A stretch of 64,000 bases of DNA from an uncultured Chloroflexia bacterium (GTDB taxonomy: Bacteria; Chloroflexota; Limnocylindria; Limnocylindrales; CSP1-4): contig CAVYIM010000009.1 of assembly GCA_963768655.1 (NCBI GenBank), positions 1-64,000 of the forward strand. The letters run 5' to 3'. Both the position numbers and the translations under genes were made by a program. Positions 51,392 through 60,639 of the stretch are shown here, piece by piece. Positions within the stretch are counted from its first letter, which is position 1. Every line of letters begins with the position of its first letter. The notes under the pieces are model-generated. The model ran no database searches. It saw nothing but the letters and a program-made list of their open reading frames with translations, and had not been told where the DNA came from.

Positions 51392-52144
51392 GTGATCCGA
51401 ACCCTCGTCGCCCCCGAGCGAGAAGGCGACCTCATCGGACTCGCGCTGGCAGACCTCGTGGCGGGTGGATCGTTCGAGTCTCCCGGCCAGCTCGACACGG
51501 CAGTCGTCGTGCTGAGCGGCGTCGTCGACGTCGAGGCAGCCGGCGAGAAGCTGGGGTCGGCGGGCGGGCGATCGTCCGTCTTCGAGGGCCCGGGCCACAC
51601 CATCTACGCGCCGCCCGGCGCGACCCTGCGGCTCGTGGCCACGCGACCGGCTCAACTTGCCATCGCCACGGCTCCCGGCGGCGCGGGAGCCCCGTCGAAG
51701 GCACGCATCATCGGGCCGGGCGACCAGCGGATCGGCGAGGCCGGCAAAGGCAACTGGCGCCGCGACATCCGCACGATCCTCGGCCCCGAGCACGCCGCCA
51801 GCCGGCTTCTCCTCGGCGAGACGATCAACCCGCCCGGCAACTGGTCGTCGTATCCGCCGCACAAGCACGACCGCCAGGCGCCGCCCGAGGAGGTCCGGCT
51901 GCAGGAGGCTTACTTCTACAAGGTCGACCCGGCCGGCGGCTTCGGTGTCCAGATCCGGTACGACGACGCCGGCGCGGAAACGTTCATCGTTCGCGACGGC
52001 GACGTGGTCGCGATCCCGAGCGGATACCACCCGGTGATCGCCGCGCCCGGTTACTCGCTCTACTACCTGTGGGTCATGGCCGGCGACGGGCGCCAGATGG
52101 CCCCCTATTTCGACCCGGCCCACGCCTGGGTCCAGGAGTCATGA
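51392..52144 (+). CDS. iolB: IolB/KduI-family uronate isomerase
   Basis: GGRSSVF, GNWSSYPPHKHD, EAYFY, GYHPV, YYLWVMAG. Confidence 0.85.
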   Translation: MIRTLVAPEREGDLIGLALADLVAGGSFESPGQLDTAVVVLSGVVDVEAAGEKLGSAGGRSSVFEGPGHTIYAPPGATLRLVATRPAQLAIATAPGGAGAPSKARIIGPGDQRIGEAGKGNWRRDIRTILGPEHAASRLLLGETINPPGNWSSYPPHKHDRQAPPEEVRLQEAYFYKVDPAGGFGVQIRYDDAGAETFIVRDGDVVAIPSGYHPVIAAPGYSLYYLWVMAGDGRQMAPYFDPAHAWVQES

Positions 52145-52971
52145 CGATGGCGCGAGACAATGCGGGCAACGCGGGCAACGCGGGCACTTCGGGCGCAGCC
52201 GGTGTGGCCCTCTTCGATCTGACCGGCAAGGTGGCCGCGGTCATCGGTGGAGCCGGGGTCCTGGGCAGCTCCGTCTGCCACGGCTTCGGCCGGGCGGGCG
52301 CCACGGTTGCTGTGATGGACCGTTCGCGCGAGCGGGCGGACGAGCGGGTGGCCGCGCTCGAGGCCGAAGGCACCCGCGCCGCCGCCCTGGTGCTGGATGC
52401 CTCCGATCGGGCCTCCGTCGAGCGGGCCCGCGTGGATGTGGAGAAGCTTCTCGGGCCAGTCGACATCCTCGTAAACGCGGTCGGCATCAACAGCTCGACT
52501 CCGTTCTTCGAGCTGGGTCTGGACGAGTGGCACCGCGTTCTCGACACGAACCTGACGTCGGCCTTCATCGCCTGCCAGGTCTTCGGTCGGGCGATGGTCG
52601 ACCGCGGTCGGGGCGGGACGATCATCAACTTCTCCTCCACTTCCTCGGAGGTCCCGCTGTCCCGCGTCCTCACCTACTCCGTCTCGAAGGCGGGGATCAA
52701 CATCCTCACCCGCTATCTCGCCCGCGAGCTGGCGCCCCATCGGATCCGCGTCAACGCCATCGTGCCGGGGTTCTTCCCGGCCGAGCAGAACCGCAAGCTG
52801 CTCGACGAGGCCCGCACCGAGGCGATCCTCCGCCACACGCCGGCCGGCCGGCTGGGCGAGGCCGACGAGCTGGTCGGGACGATGATCTGGCTCGCCTCGG
52901 AGCGCGCCTCGGGCTTCGTGACCGGAGCCCTCGTTCGCGTCGACGGCGGCTTCAGCGCGATGACGATCTGA
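52141..52971 (+). CDS. SDR oxidoreductase resembling D-mannonate oxidoreductase (fructuronate reductase)
   Basis: GGAGVLG, PLSRVLTYSVSK (YxxxK), PGFFPAEQNR, HTPAGRLG, ASGFVTG; ATGA overlap with iolB. Confidence 0.85.
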   Translation: MTMARDNAGNAGNAGTSGAAGVALFDLTGKVAAVIGGAGVLGSSVCHGFGRAGATVAVMDRSRERADERVAALEAEGTRAAALVLDASDRASVERARVDVEKLLGPVDILVNAVGINSSTPFFELGLDEWHRVLDTNLTSAFIACQVFGRAMVDRGRGGTIINFSSTSSEVPLSRVLTYSVSKAGINILTRYLARELAPHRIRVNAIVPGFFPAEQNRKLLDEARTEAILRHTPAGRLGEADELVGTMIWLASERASGFVTGALVRVDGGFSAMTI

Positions 52972-53415
52972 GGCCGCGGCAGTCCGGTGCCAGGTCGTCA
53001 ACAGCTCGAATTCGTCAAGCCCGGAGAGGAAAGCCGCCGGCGTCCGGATCGGGAACTCGCCGGCCAGAGCGAGCAGGTGTCCGTCGCCGGAAACCAGGAC
53101 GGCGCGCTGGTCGGCCGCAAGAGAGAGCAGGTAGTCGTCACCCGGATCAACCGAGCGCACTGGCGGAGAGGCGTCGGGGTCCCTGGAGAGAAAGGCCGAA
53201 CGAGACAGCCAGGCCATGAACGCTTCGGCGTCGCTCGTGGGTATCAGGCGCTGAAGCTTCGGATACGCGAGCGCCCGGCCCAGCTCGGCGAGCAATGCGG
53301 GCGACACGATCAGCTCGAACCGACCCTGCTGCCAGGCCAGCAGCAGTCGGGCCGGGGCGCCCGTCCGCGACAGCAGAGCTGAGATCAGGACGTTGGCGTC
53401 GAGGACTGCGCGCAA
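52972..53415 (-). CDS. Second PIN-domain toxin; no stop at the expected position, so the frame stays open to 52105 antisense to the SDR
   Basis: AVLDANVLISALL, LLAEL, DPGDDYLL, LVSGDGHLL; the lower coordinate is approximate. Confidence 0.8.
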
Positions 53416-53416
53416 C

Positions 53417-53647
53417 CTACGGCCGCGGGCTGCGAGTCTCGTGCTGAGCCTCAACGCCCAGCGCCAGGGCGACATCCGCCGGCAGGTCATTGGTCGCCCA
53501 GAGTCGATCGAGCAGATCCAGTCCCAGGTCGCGCCTGAGCGCCTCTTCGATGACCTCGCTGTCGCCCTTGCCGCTGCGGGCCGCGCGGACCTTTACCGCG
53601 CGCAGGACTTCGTCATCGACGGTCAGGGTAGTTCGGACTTTGGCCAT
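53417..53647 (-). CDS. Second ribbon-helix-helix antitoxin
   Basis: KVRTTLTVDDEVLRAVKVRAA..SEVIEEALR; paralog of 44838-45086. Confidence 0.85.
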   Translation of the reverse strand: MAKVRTTLTVDDEVLRAVKVRAARSGKGDSEVIEEALRRDLGLDLLDRLWATNDLPADVALALGVEAQHETRSPRP

Positions 53648-53701
53648 ATCCGCATCATAGCATCAGCGCATCTCGATGATCACCGGGCCGTCGGATCGGC
53701 G

Positions 53702-54511
53702 TTAGGGCCGACCGCGGGCGATGAGCGCGCCGATCGTGCCGGCACCGACTCCATCATCGATGCCGACGACCGCGACACCCGGCGCGCAGGACGAGAGCAT
53801 CGCCAGCAGCGCGCTCAGCCCGCCGAACGAGGCGCCGTAGCCGACGCTCGTCGGGCAGGCAATGACGGGCACTCGCGCCAGGCCGCCGACGACACTCGCC
53901 AGCGCGGCGTCCATGCCGGCGATGACGACGATCGCGTCGGCCCGCTCGATCTCCGGCTGCTCGCCGAGCAAGCGGTGGAGTCCGGCGACGCCCACGTCGC
54001 CGATCACGCGGACGCCGGCCCCGAGCAGCGAGGCGACGGTCTCGGCCTCCTCGGCGACGGGCAGGTCCGAGGTCCCGGCGGTGAGAATGAGCAGCCGGCC
54101 TCGAGCCGCCGGGACGGCGCGGGGGATCGCCACCAGGCCGGCTCGCTCGCGCCAGATCGTCTCGAGGCCGCGGGCTTCGGCGAGGGACCGGACCGCGTCG
54201 GCGTCATCTGCGGCGACGCGGGTCACGACGACGCTCGACTCGTCGTGCTCCAGTTGCGCCTCGACAATCGCCAGCAGCTGCTCGCGAGTCTTGCCCGGGG
54301 CGTAGACGAATTCCACGATGCCCTGGCGCAGGTTGCGGTGATGATCGACGCGGGCGAAGCCGAGGTCGCTGAAGGGCAGCCGGCGCAGCGACTCGAGCGC
54401 GGTCTCGGTCGGAACGCTGCCGTCGGCGACGCCGCGCAGCAGCTCCTCCAGGGCGGCGGAGTAGGAGGCTCCCAGCGCCGGTCTCCCTGCCGGCCCGTCG
54501 CCCTCAGGCAT
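53702..54511 (-). CDS. larB: Nickel pincer cofactor carboxylase/hydrolase LarB
   Basis: FARVDHHR, AGTSDLPVAEEA, DVGVAGLHR, PTSVGYGA, SSCAPG. Confidence 0.95.
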   Translation of the reverse strand: MPEGDGPAGRPALGASYSAALEELLRGVADGSVPTETALESLRRLPFSDLGFARVDHHRNLRQGIVEFVYAPGKTREQLLAIVEAQLEHDESSVVVTRVAADDADAVRSLAEARGLETIWRERAGLVAIPRAVPAARGRLLILTAGTSDLPVAEEAETVASLLGAGVRVIGDVGVAGLHRLLGEQPEIERADAIVVIAGMDAALASVVGGLARVPVIACPTSVGYGASFGGLSALLAMLSSCAPGVAVVGIDDGVGAGTIGALIARGRP

Positions 54512-55367
54512 TGGAGCTGTCTCCTGCGCCGGTTCCGGCATACGCATCCGAAGACCAGCTCTCGAACCCGAGATCGGCCAGGCGCGTCCGGATCTCGGCC
54601 GCCCGAAGATCCAGCCCGGCCAGATCCTCCGCCTCGACCTCCACGCGGGCATGGCTACCGAAGTCTCGAACGCGAACCTGGCGGAAGCCCATCGCCCGAA
54701 GCGCCAGCTCGGCCGCCTCGACGCGCCGCAGCCGGTCCGCCGTGATCATCTCGCCGAACGGGACCCGGCTCGCCAGGCACGCCGACGCCGGCCGGTTCCA
54801 ACCCTCGATGCCGATCGATCGGGCCAGCAGGCGAAGCTGCTCTTTGGTGATGCCCGCCTCGGCGAGGGGCGAGCGGACGCCCAGCTCGGCGCCGGCCGCC
54901 ATGCCGGGCCGGTCGAGCCGTTGCGTGTCCGAGGCGTTCGTCCCGTCGACGACCCAGGCGTAGCCCTCGGCCTTCGCGATCGCCGCGGCGGCGCCGTACA
55001 GCTCGAGCTTGCAGAAGTAGCAGCGGGAACGCGGGTTGCGGGCGTAGCGGGGGTCGTCCAGTTCCTTCGTCGGGATCGTCCGCCATCCGGTCCCGTATCG
55101 GGCCGCCTCTCCGGCGGCGGCCGCGGCGTCGGTCCGATCCCAGGCCGGCACGGCGGCCGATTCGGCGGTCAGCGCCAGGCAGCGCTCGCCAAGCAGCGGC
55201 GAGGCGACCGCGAGCAGGAAGCTCGAGTCGATCCCGCCGGAGAGCGCCAGCACGCAGGAGCCGAGTCCCTCGACGATCTCCAGCAGGCGGCCGAACCGCG
55301 CCAGGACGACCGGGTCGGCGGCGGCCGGCCCGGATTGCGCGCGCTCCAGCAGGTCGTGGTATGGCAT
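54504..55367 (-). CDS. larE: ATP-dependent sulfur transferase LarE
   Basis: PP-loop SGGIDS, RCYFCK, DGTNASD, RPG, SACLASRVPFG, QVRVR. Confidence 0.95.
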   Translation of the reverse strand: MPYHDLLERAQSGPAAADPVVLARFGRLLEIVEGLGSCVLALSGGIDSSFLLAVASPLLGERCLALTAESAAVPAWDRTDAAAAAGEAARYGTGWRTIPTKELDDPRYARNPRSRCYFCKLELYGAAAAIAKAEGYAWVVDGTNASDTQRLDRPGMAAGAELGVRSPLAEAGITKEQLRLLARSIGIEGWNRPASACLASRVPFGEMITADRLRRVEAAELALRAMGFRQVRVRDFGSHARVEVEAEDLAGLDLRAAEIRTRLADLGFESWSSDAYAGTGAGDSSNA

Positions 55368-55450
55368 CGGCGTGACGATACATCCCATCCGCCGGAGCCG
55401 CCCCGCCCGCCCGCGAGAGGCCCGATACCGGCACGTGTAGAGTTGTGCCG

Positions 55451-56839
55451 ATGCAACACGACAAGACGCCCCATCGCGCGCTCGAGCCCGAGGCGCTTGC
55501 CGATCCGCCCGTCCCGACCGCCCCTGCCGCGGCCGGCGGACCCGCACCGTCGCGCGCTTCCAGCCAGGAGCCGTTCGCGGAGTTCATGCGCGTCAATCTG
55601 CCTCGCTGGGCCCTGGTCCGGCACCACATGGACCCCACTGAAGTGACCGACATCGCCGCGACCGTCGCGGCCGCCCTCGATCCGCAACGCGAGGCGATCC
55701 GGCCCGGCTCGCGAGTCTGCCTGGCCGTCGGCAGCCGAGGCATCGATCGGATCGACCAGGTCGTTCGCGCCGCGGTGGCCTGGGTCCGCGCCGCCGGCGC
55801 CGAGGTCTTCGTCGTGCCGGCGATGGGCAGCCACGGCGGCGCCACGCCCGAGGGCCAGCTGGAGGTGCTCGCCTCCTACGGAATGACGCCCGAGTCGATC
55901 GGCTGCGAGATCCGCTCGAGCATGGAGACGGTCGAGCTGGGCGAGGTCCGGCCCGGCGTCCCGGTCTTCGTCGACCGCCTCGCCCTTGAAGGCGCCGACG
56001 CGATCGTCCCGATCAACCGTGTCAAGCCGCACACGGACTTCACCGGCGAGATCGAGAGCGGCCTGATGAAGATGATCGCGATCGGGCTGGGCAAGCAGAA
56101 GGGCGCCGACACCTTCCATCGCCAGGGCTTCGCCATCTTCCACGAGCTCATCCCGGCGGTCGCCGAGTTCACCCTCTCGAAGGTGAACATACCGTTCGGG
56201 CTGGCCCTGGTCGAGAACGGGTATGCCAGGCTGTGGCGGATCGAGGCGGTGCGACGCGACCGGATCTGGGATCGCGAGCGAGAGCTGCTGGTGATGGCCC
56301 GCGAGCGGATGGCCCGCCTGCCGCTGGACACCATCGACGTCCTGGTGCTCGACTTCATCGGCAAGGACATCAGCGGGCTGGGCATGGATTCCAACGTCGT
56401 CGGGCGCTACTACGCCGGGCCGACGGGCGCGGGTCCGAGCATCCAGCGGATCGTCGTCCGCGACCTGACCGGCGAGACCGAGGGCAATGCCGTCGGCATC
56501 GGCATGGCCGACGTGGTGCTGCGGCGCGCGGTCGAGAAGATGGACGCCCACAAGACGTACATGAACTGCATCACGGCCAAGACGCCCGAAGGGGCGCGGG
56601 TCGCGCTGACCGTGGACACGGACCGGGAGGCGCTCTCGATTGCCATTGCCAGCGCCATCGAGGTCGAGCCGCCCGAGGCGCGGATCGTCCGCATCCGTGA
56701 CACCAAGCACCTCGAGCTGCTCTACGTCAGCGAGCCGGCGCTCGCGGACGTGCTGGCAACCGGGCGCTGCGAGATCGTGGCGCCGCTCGAGGCGATCGAC
56801 TTCGGGGCCGACGGAATGTTCGCCGCGGCGGTGGATTAG
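55451..56839 (+). CDS. LarA homolog (lactate racemase superfamily, probable NPN-dependent hydroxyacid epimerase)
   Basis: GSRGI, PAMGSHGG, KPHTDF, SGLMKM..ADTFH (Lys and His 16 residues apart, as for the LarA cofactor ligands); adjacent to larE and larB. Confidence 0.82.
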   Translation: MQHDKTPHRALEPEALADPPVPTAPAAAGGPAPSRASSQEPFAEFMRVNLPRWALVRHHMDPTEVTDIAATVAAALDPQREAIRPGSRVCLAVGSRGIDRIDQVVRAAVAWVRAAGAEVFVVPAMGSHGGATPEGQLEVLASYGMTPESIGCEIRSSMETVELGEVRPGVPVFVDRLALEGADAIVPINRVKPHTDFTGEIESGLMKMIAIGLGKQKGADTFHRQGFAIFHELIPAVAEFTLSKVNIPFGLALVENGYARLWRIEAVRRDRIWDRERELLVMARERMARLPLDTIDVLVLDFIGKDISGLGMDSNVVGRYYAGPTGAGPSIQRIVVRDLTGETEGNAVGIGMADVVLRRAVEKMDAHKTYMNCITAKTPEGARVALTVDTDREALSIAIASAIEVEPPEARIVRIRDTKHLELLYVSEPALADVLATGRCEIVAPLEAIDFGADGMFAAAVD

Positions 56840-56909
56840 GCGGGCTCGCCCGGGTCCCTCTGCCGGCGCGGCCCTCAGCGCCCGCCGGTACTCGCCGCCG
56901 GCGTGGCCC

Positions 56910-57479
56910 TCAGCCAGCCCGCCGGTACTCGCCGCCGGCCCGGGTCATCAGGCCCGAGACAACCATGTAGCGCCGCAGAGCGGCCACGTCCTCGTGGTAC
57001 CGGCCGAGGCGCTCGTTTACCTCGCGCTCGGAGTACGGCCGGTCGTCGGCGAAGCAGTGCGCCGCGAGATAGCGCAGCACCGCCTGCCGCTTGCGCTCCT
57101 GGGCCGGTAGCGACACCAGCCGCCCGTCGCGAATGAAGGCGCGGAGCACCTTGGCGTCGTAGGCCGGCAACGACTCGCCGTCCGGGCCCGCCAGCTCGGC
57201 GCCGGCTTCGTCCGCCCGTTCGAGACCCGCCAGCTGCTTCGAGACCGCCGCCAGCCGATCGACACGAAGGGCGTACTCCACGTACGGGCGGCGAGGCGTC
57301 GCCTCGACGAGGCCAGCTGCCTCGAGGCGCTGGAGGTGGTGGACGACGGTCCCGGCCGAAAGCCCGCTCGCCGCCGCCAGCTCTTCGACCGCCATCGGAC
57401 GCCCGGCTAACAGCCCGACCAGCCGCAGACGCGAAGCATCGGCCAGGGCGCGGAGAGCTTCCAGTAGTTGCGGATCCAT
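56910..57479 (-). CDS. ArsR-type HTH fused to DUF2087
   Basis: ALADASRLRLVGLL..HHLQRLEAAGLV; LVSLPAQERKR..YSEREVN..DVAALRRYMV. Confidence 0.85.
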   Translation of the reverse strand: MDPQLLEALRALADASRLRLVGLLAGRPMAVEELAAASGLSAGTVVHHLQRLEAAGLVEATPRRPYVEYALRVDRLAAVSKQLAGLERADEAGAELAGPDGESLPAYDAKVLRAFIRDGRLVSLPAQERKRQAVLRYLAAHCFADDRPYSEREVNERLGRYHEDVAALRRYMVVSGLMTRAGGEYRRAG

Positions 57480-57753
57480 GGCGTCAGGATAGCCACGATT
57501 TGATACATGCCAAATCGTCACCCCGGACAAGCTCGGCGATTCAGGCCCGCCCGGCGGCCTGCGTCGGCGGCCTGCGTCGTCGGCCGCCGGATCCACCTCG
57601 GCGTGCCGCGTTTGCGCGCGAATGCCTCACGCGAGGTGCGCCGCTCTTCTATCGTTCCGGAGAGTCCGCGATACGGCCATCCTGGGTCATGGCTGGTCCA
57701 TGGCCAAAAGGTTGGATAGCCGATCAGGTTCGCGGAGGACTAGGGTGCGCCGC

Positions 57754-58230
57754 ATGGATGAGACCAGCCGAATCTGCCCCTGGTGTTCTACGTCGATCCC
57801 CGCCGGAGCGTCTGCCTGCCCCAAGTGCCACGCTACGGTCGAAGGCGCAGTGGCGCCCGAGATCCCCGGCGTCACGGTCGTCGACGGCAAAGCCACGCTA
57901 GGCTCCGGCGAGGGCGTAGTCCCCGATGCCTTCGACCCGAAAGCCTGGCTGCGGGCCGGCTACGAGGACCGGGTCGAGAATGAAGAGGCCATCCTCCCGC
58001 CGAGCGAGGCCGTCCGGCTCGAGATGCGCAAGATGGAGCTCGAGGCGCAGATCGAGAACGCCGGCGGATCGGTCATGAGCGCGACAGGGGACGTCTCGCG
58101 CGACATCGGCAAGCCCTCGCGCGAAGCGCTGGCGGCATACGACGCCGGCCTGCTCGACACCACGGGACCCGCGGGCGAGACAGACATCGCCAACCGCGTC
58201 AAGGCCTGGGAAGAGGAGCAGAAGGGCTGA
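57754..58230 (+). CDS. Hypothetical protein with N-terminal zinc ribbon
   Basis: CPWC..CPKC; GGAGG upstream. Confidence 0.7.
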   Translation: MDETSRICPWCSTSIPAGASACPKCHATVEGAVAPEIPGVTVVDGKATLGSGEGVVPDAFDPKAWLRAGYEDRVENEEAILPPSEAVRLEMRKMELEAQIENAGGSVMSATGDVSRDIGKPSREALAAYDAGLLDTTGPAGETDIANRVKAWEEEQKG

Positions 58231-58303
58231 CGCTCGCTCCGGCGAGGTGGGGCGAGGTCGGGCCATTTGACTCGCGCCCGTCCACGGGCTTAGCCTGCCG
58301 GAA

Positions 58304-59575
58304 ATGCGACTCCTCCTCGCGGCGGCCCTGGCGCTCACGACCCTGATGGGGCTGCCCGCGGTCACGCCACCACCCACCGCCAGCGCCGCTTCCGTCTGCA
58401 CCGGCTGGACGAGTGCGCGCGTGCCGCCAAACACGATCCGCGTGCTTCGGACGGCGACCGGGAAGGTCCAGGTCGTCAACTTCGAGACGTACGTCCAGGT
58501 CGTGATGAGAGCCGAGTGGGGCTCCGACACCACCTGGCCGGTGGCGGGGCTCCAGGCTGGCGCGATGGCCGTCAAGCAATTCGGCTGGTACTACACGATG
58601 CACTGGCGTGGCGGGACGGCCCACGGATCCTGCTACGACGTGCGCGACGATAACAGCGACCAGATCTATGACCCGAGCCGGGCGGCCAGGCCTGACGAGG
58701 TCGCCGCGACAAACGCGACCTGGACCGAGTCGGCCACCAAGAACGGCTCGTTTCTGCTGATGGGCTATCGCTCCGGTGCGTCCGTCGCCTGCGGCGCCGA
58801 TGCCGACGGCTACCACCTGTACCAGCACAGCTCGCGGGCGTGTGCCTCGGCCGGGATGACGGTCGACCAGATCCTCCACGTCTACTTCGACCCGGGGTTG
58901 GCGCTTTGGGAGCCACCTGCCACGCCCTCGGCCATCTTCATGTCGCCAGCCGAGCAGGAGCAGGTGACCGTCGGGACTTCGGCGACGCTCGCGTGGGTGG
59001 AGCAACCGGCCAGCGGGACGACGATCTCCAGCCGGCACGTCTCGTTGTTGATGGCTCTGCCGCTCAACGGCAGCTGTGCCGTCGACCGCTGGGTGCCCGC
59101 CGCGCCGCCGTGGCAGTCCACCGCCGCGTCGCCGCAGACCGTGACGGGTCTCCATGCCGGGTACTGCTACCGCGCTGTCGTTGCGTTGACGGACTCAACC
59201 GCTGCCACGACCGAGTGGCAGTCCGGCACGATGCTGGTCGATCCGGCGGCGCCGAAAGGAACCTTCACCAGCCCGCATCCGAACGTCGTGACGGCGATCG
59301 GCGGCACGACCGCCCCGGTGCGCTGGACCGAGACGCTGACGGCCGGGACGCACCTGATCAGCCGCAGCCTCGTCACCGAGCGGGCGGCACAGGCGGCTCC
59401 GGGGACCTGCGCCGGCGCGCAGTGGGGCGCCCTTACCTCGACCAACTCCGCGTCGCCCGTCACGTCCACCGGGCTCGGCAAGCTGTTCTGCTACCGCTAC
59501 CGGCTGATCCTGACCGACAGCGCCGGTCACCAGAGCACGACGGTCTCCGGCATCCTGATGGGCCCGTCCGCCTGA
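58304..59575 (+). CDS. Secreted SpoIID/LytB-like protein with two C-terminal FN3-like repeats
   Basis: Signal peptide; FETYVQVVMRAEW, LQAGAMAVK, DQIY, QILHVYF; TTGACT-N18-TAGCCT promoter. Confidence 0.8.
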   Translation: MRLLLAAALALTTLMGLPAVTPPPTASAASVCTGWTSARVPPNTIRVLRTATGKVQVVNFETYVQVVMRAEWGSDTTWPVAGLQAGAMAVKQFGWYYTMHWRGGTAHGSCYDVRDDNSDQIYDPSRAARPDEVAATNATWTESATKNGSFLLMGYRSGASVACGADADGYHLYQHSSRACASAGMTVDQILHVYFDPGLALWEPPATPSAIFMSPAEQEQVTVGTSATLAWVEQPASGTTISSRHVSLLMALPLNGSCAVDRWVPAAPPWQSTAASPQTVTGLHAGYCYRAVVALTDSTAATTEWQSGTMLVDPAAPKGTFTSPHPNVVTAIGGTTAPVRWTETLTAGTHLISRSLVTERAAQAAPGTCAGAQWGALTSTNSASPVTSTGLGKLFCYRYRLILTDSAGHQSTTVSGILMGPSA

Positions 59576-59790
59576 CGTCCGAGCCGTCCGACCCGACCGA
59601 CCCATCCGATCCGACCGACGTCCGCTCAGGCTCACACGCGGGCGTCGCACCGGCCGCCCACGCTGGACCGCGGGCGTCGCGCCGGCCGGCCACACCGAGC
59701 CCCGCATTCGACCGGGGTCCGTTCCGGGCGTAGGATTGACCGTGCCTGACGTCGAGGGGCAAGTTCCTCGCCGCAGATCGGGGTGATGAA

Positions 59791-60168
59791 ATGGAACCGA
59801 ACGAGCAGGGTGGCGAGACTGGCGGAGCCGGCGATCAGGGCGGCGGACCGCGCATGGAACAAGCCCGAGCCGCGGCCGAGAAGATGATCGCGCAGCTCCA
59901 GGTGATGATCGACCAGACCGGCAAGACCGCAGGTCCAGTCCTCCGCGACGTGGCCGCGAAGGCCGCCGAGCTGGCCGCCGTCGCGGCCGAGAATGCCGGC
60001 CCGGTCGCGCACAAGGCAGCGGACGTGACCGAGCATGTCGGCGATCGCCTGGCGGCCCGGAGCAAGGACCTCGCCGCGGATCTTCGAAAGGCCGCCGAGG
60101 CTGCCCGCGCCCGAAACGCCGAGGGCACCGACGAAGGCTCCAAGCCGGACGACGCACCGAAGGCGTAG
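59791..60168 (+). CDS. Hypothetical Ala-rich helical protein
   Basis: Coherent amphipathic ORF with GGGGTG RBS. Confidence 0.65.
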   Translation: MEPNEQGGETGGAGDQGGGPRMEQARAAAEKMIAQLQVMIDQTGKTAGPVLRDVAAKAAELAAVAAENAGPVAHKAADVTEHVGDRLAARSKDLAADLRKAAEAARARNAEGTDEGSKPDDAPKA

Positions 60169-60489
60169 CGGGGGAGCAGGCCGGCAGGCGGCGGCGGACC
60201 AGCGGCGGCGGGCTTGCGGCGGTGAACGGCGGTCGGCGGCTGGCTCAGCCCGCGGCGGCCCAGCCGAGGTTTCCGGATTCACATGACGTGGGCATTCGGA
60301 AAAGGCTCGGGTGGGCCGGACTCCGAATGCGACCCCGACGAACGCCCTGCGAGCCCGGTGCACGCTCGAATGCGCTCGAGTCGGCCGATCGGACGTGACA
60401 GGACGGCCCGTCGAGCGTTCCGGCGGTCTCCCATCGTTGCCCAATGACGTTCTGGTGGGAATTCGGAAAGAACGGCCGAGGGCGGGCAC

Positions 60490-60639
60490 GGACGCCGACG
60501 GCGGCGGGCGGGCCGCGCCGCTAGCCCAGCCCTTCGGGCAGGACGCCGACGGCGGCGGGCGGGCCGCGCCGCTAGCCCAGCCCTTCGGGCCGCGCCGCTA
60601 GCCCAGCCCTTCGGGCCGCGCCGCTAGCCCAGTCCTTCG
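60490..60639. repeat. Nested 51-bp and 26-bp tandem repeats duplicating the thioesterase 3' end
   Basis: CCGCGCCGCTAGCCCAG(C/T)CCTTCG occurs four times; the last copy holds the real stop. Confidence 0.85.

Noticed and set aside
50317-52140. 884-aa ORF suggesting a large fusion ending in the SDR
   Set aside because: The upstream part is antisense to larC and off-frame to iolB; the real SDR starts at 52141
60490-60639. CRISPR-like array
   Set aside because: No unique spacers, repeats derive from the gene end, and no cas genes are in the window
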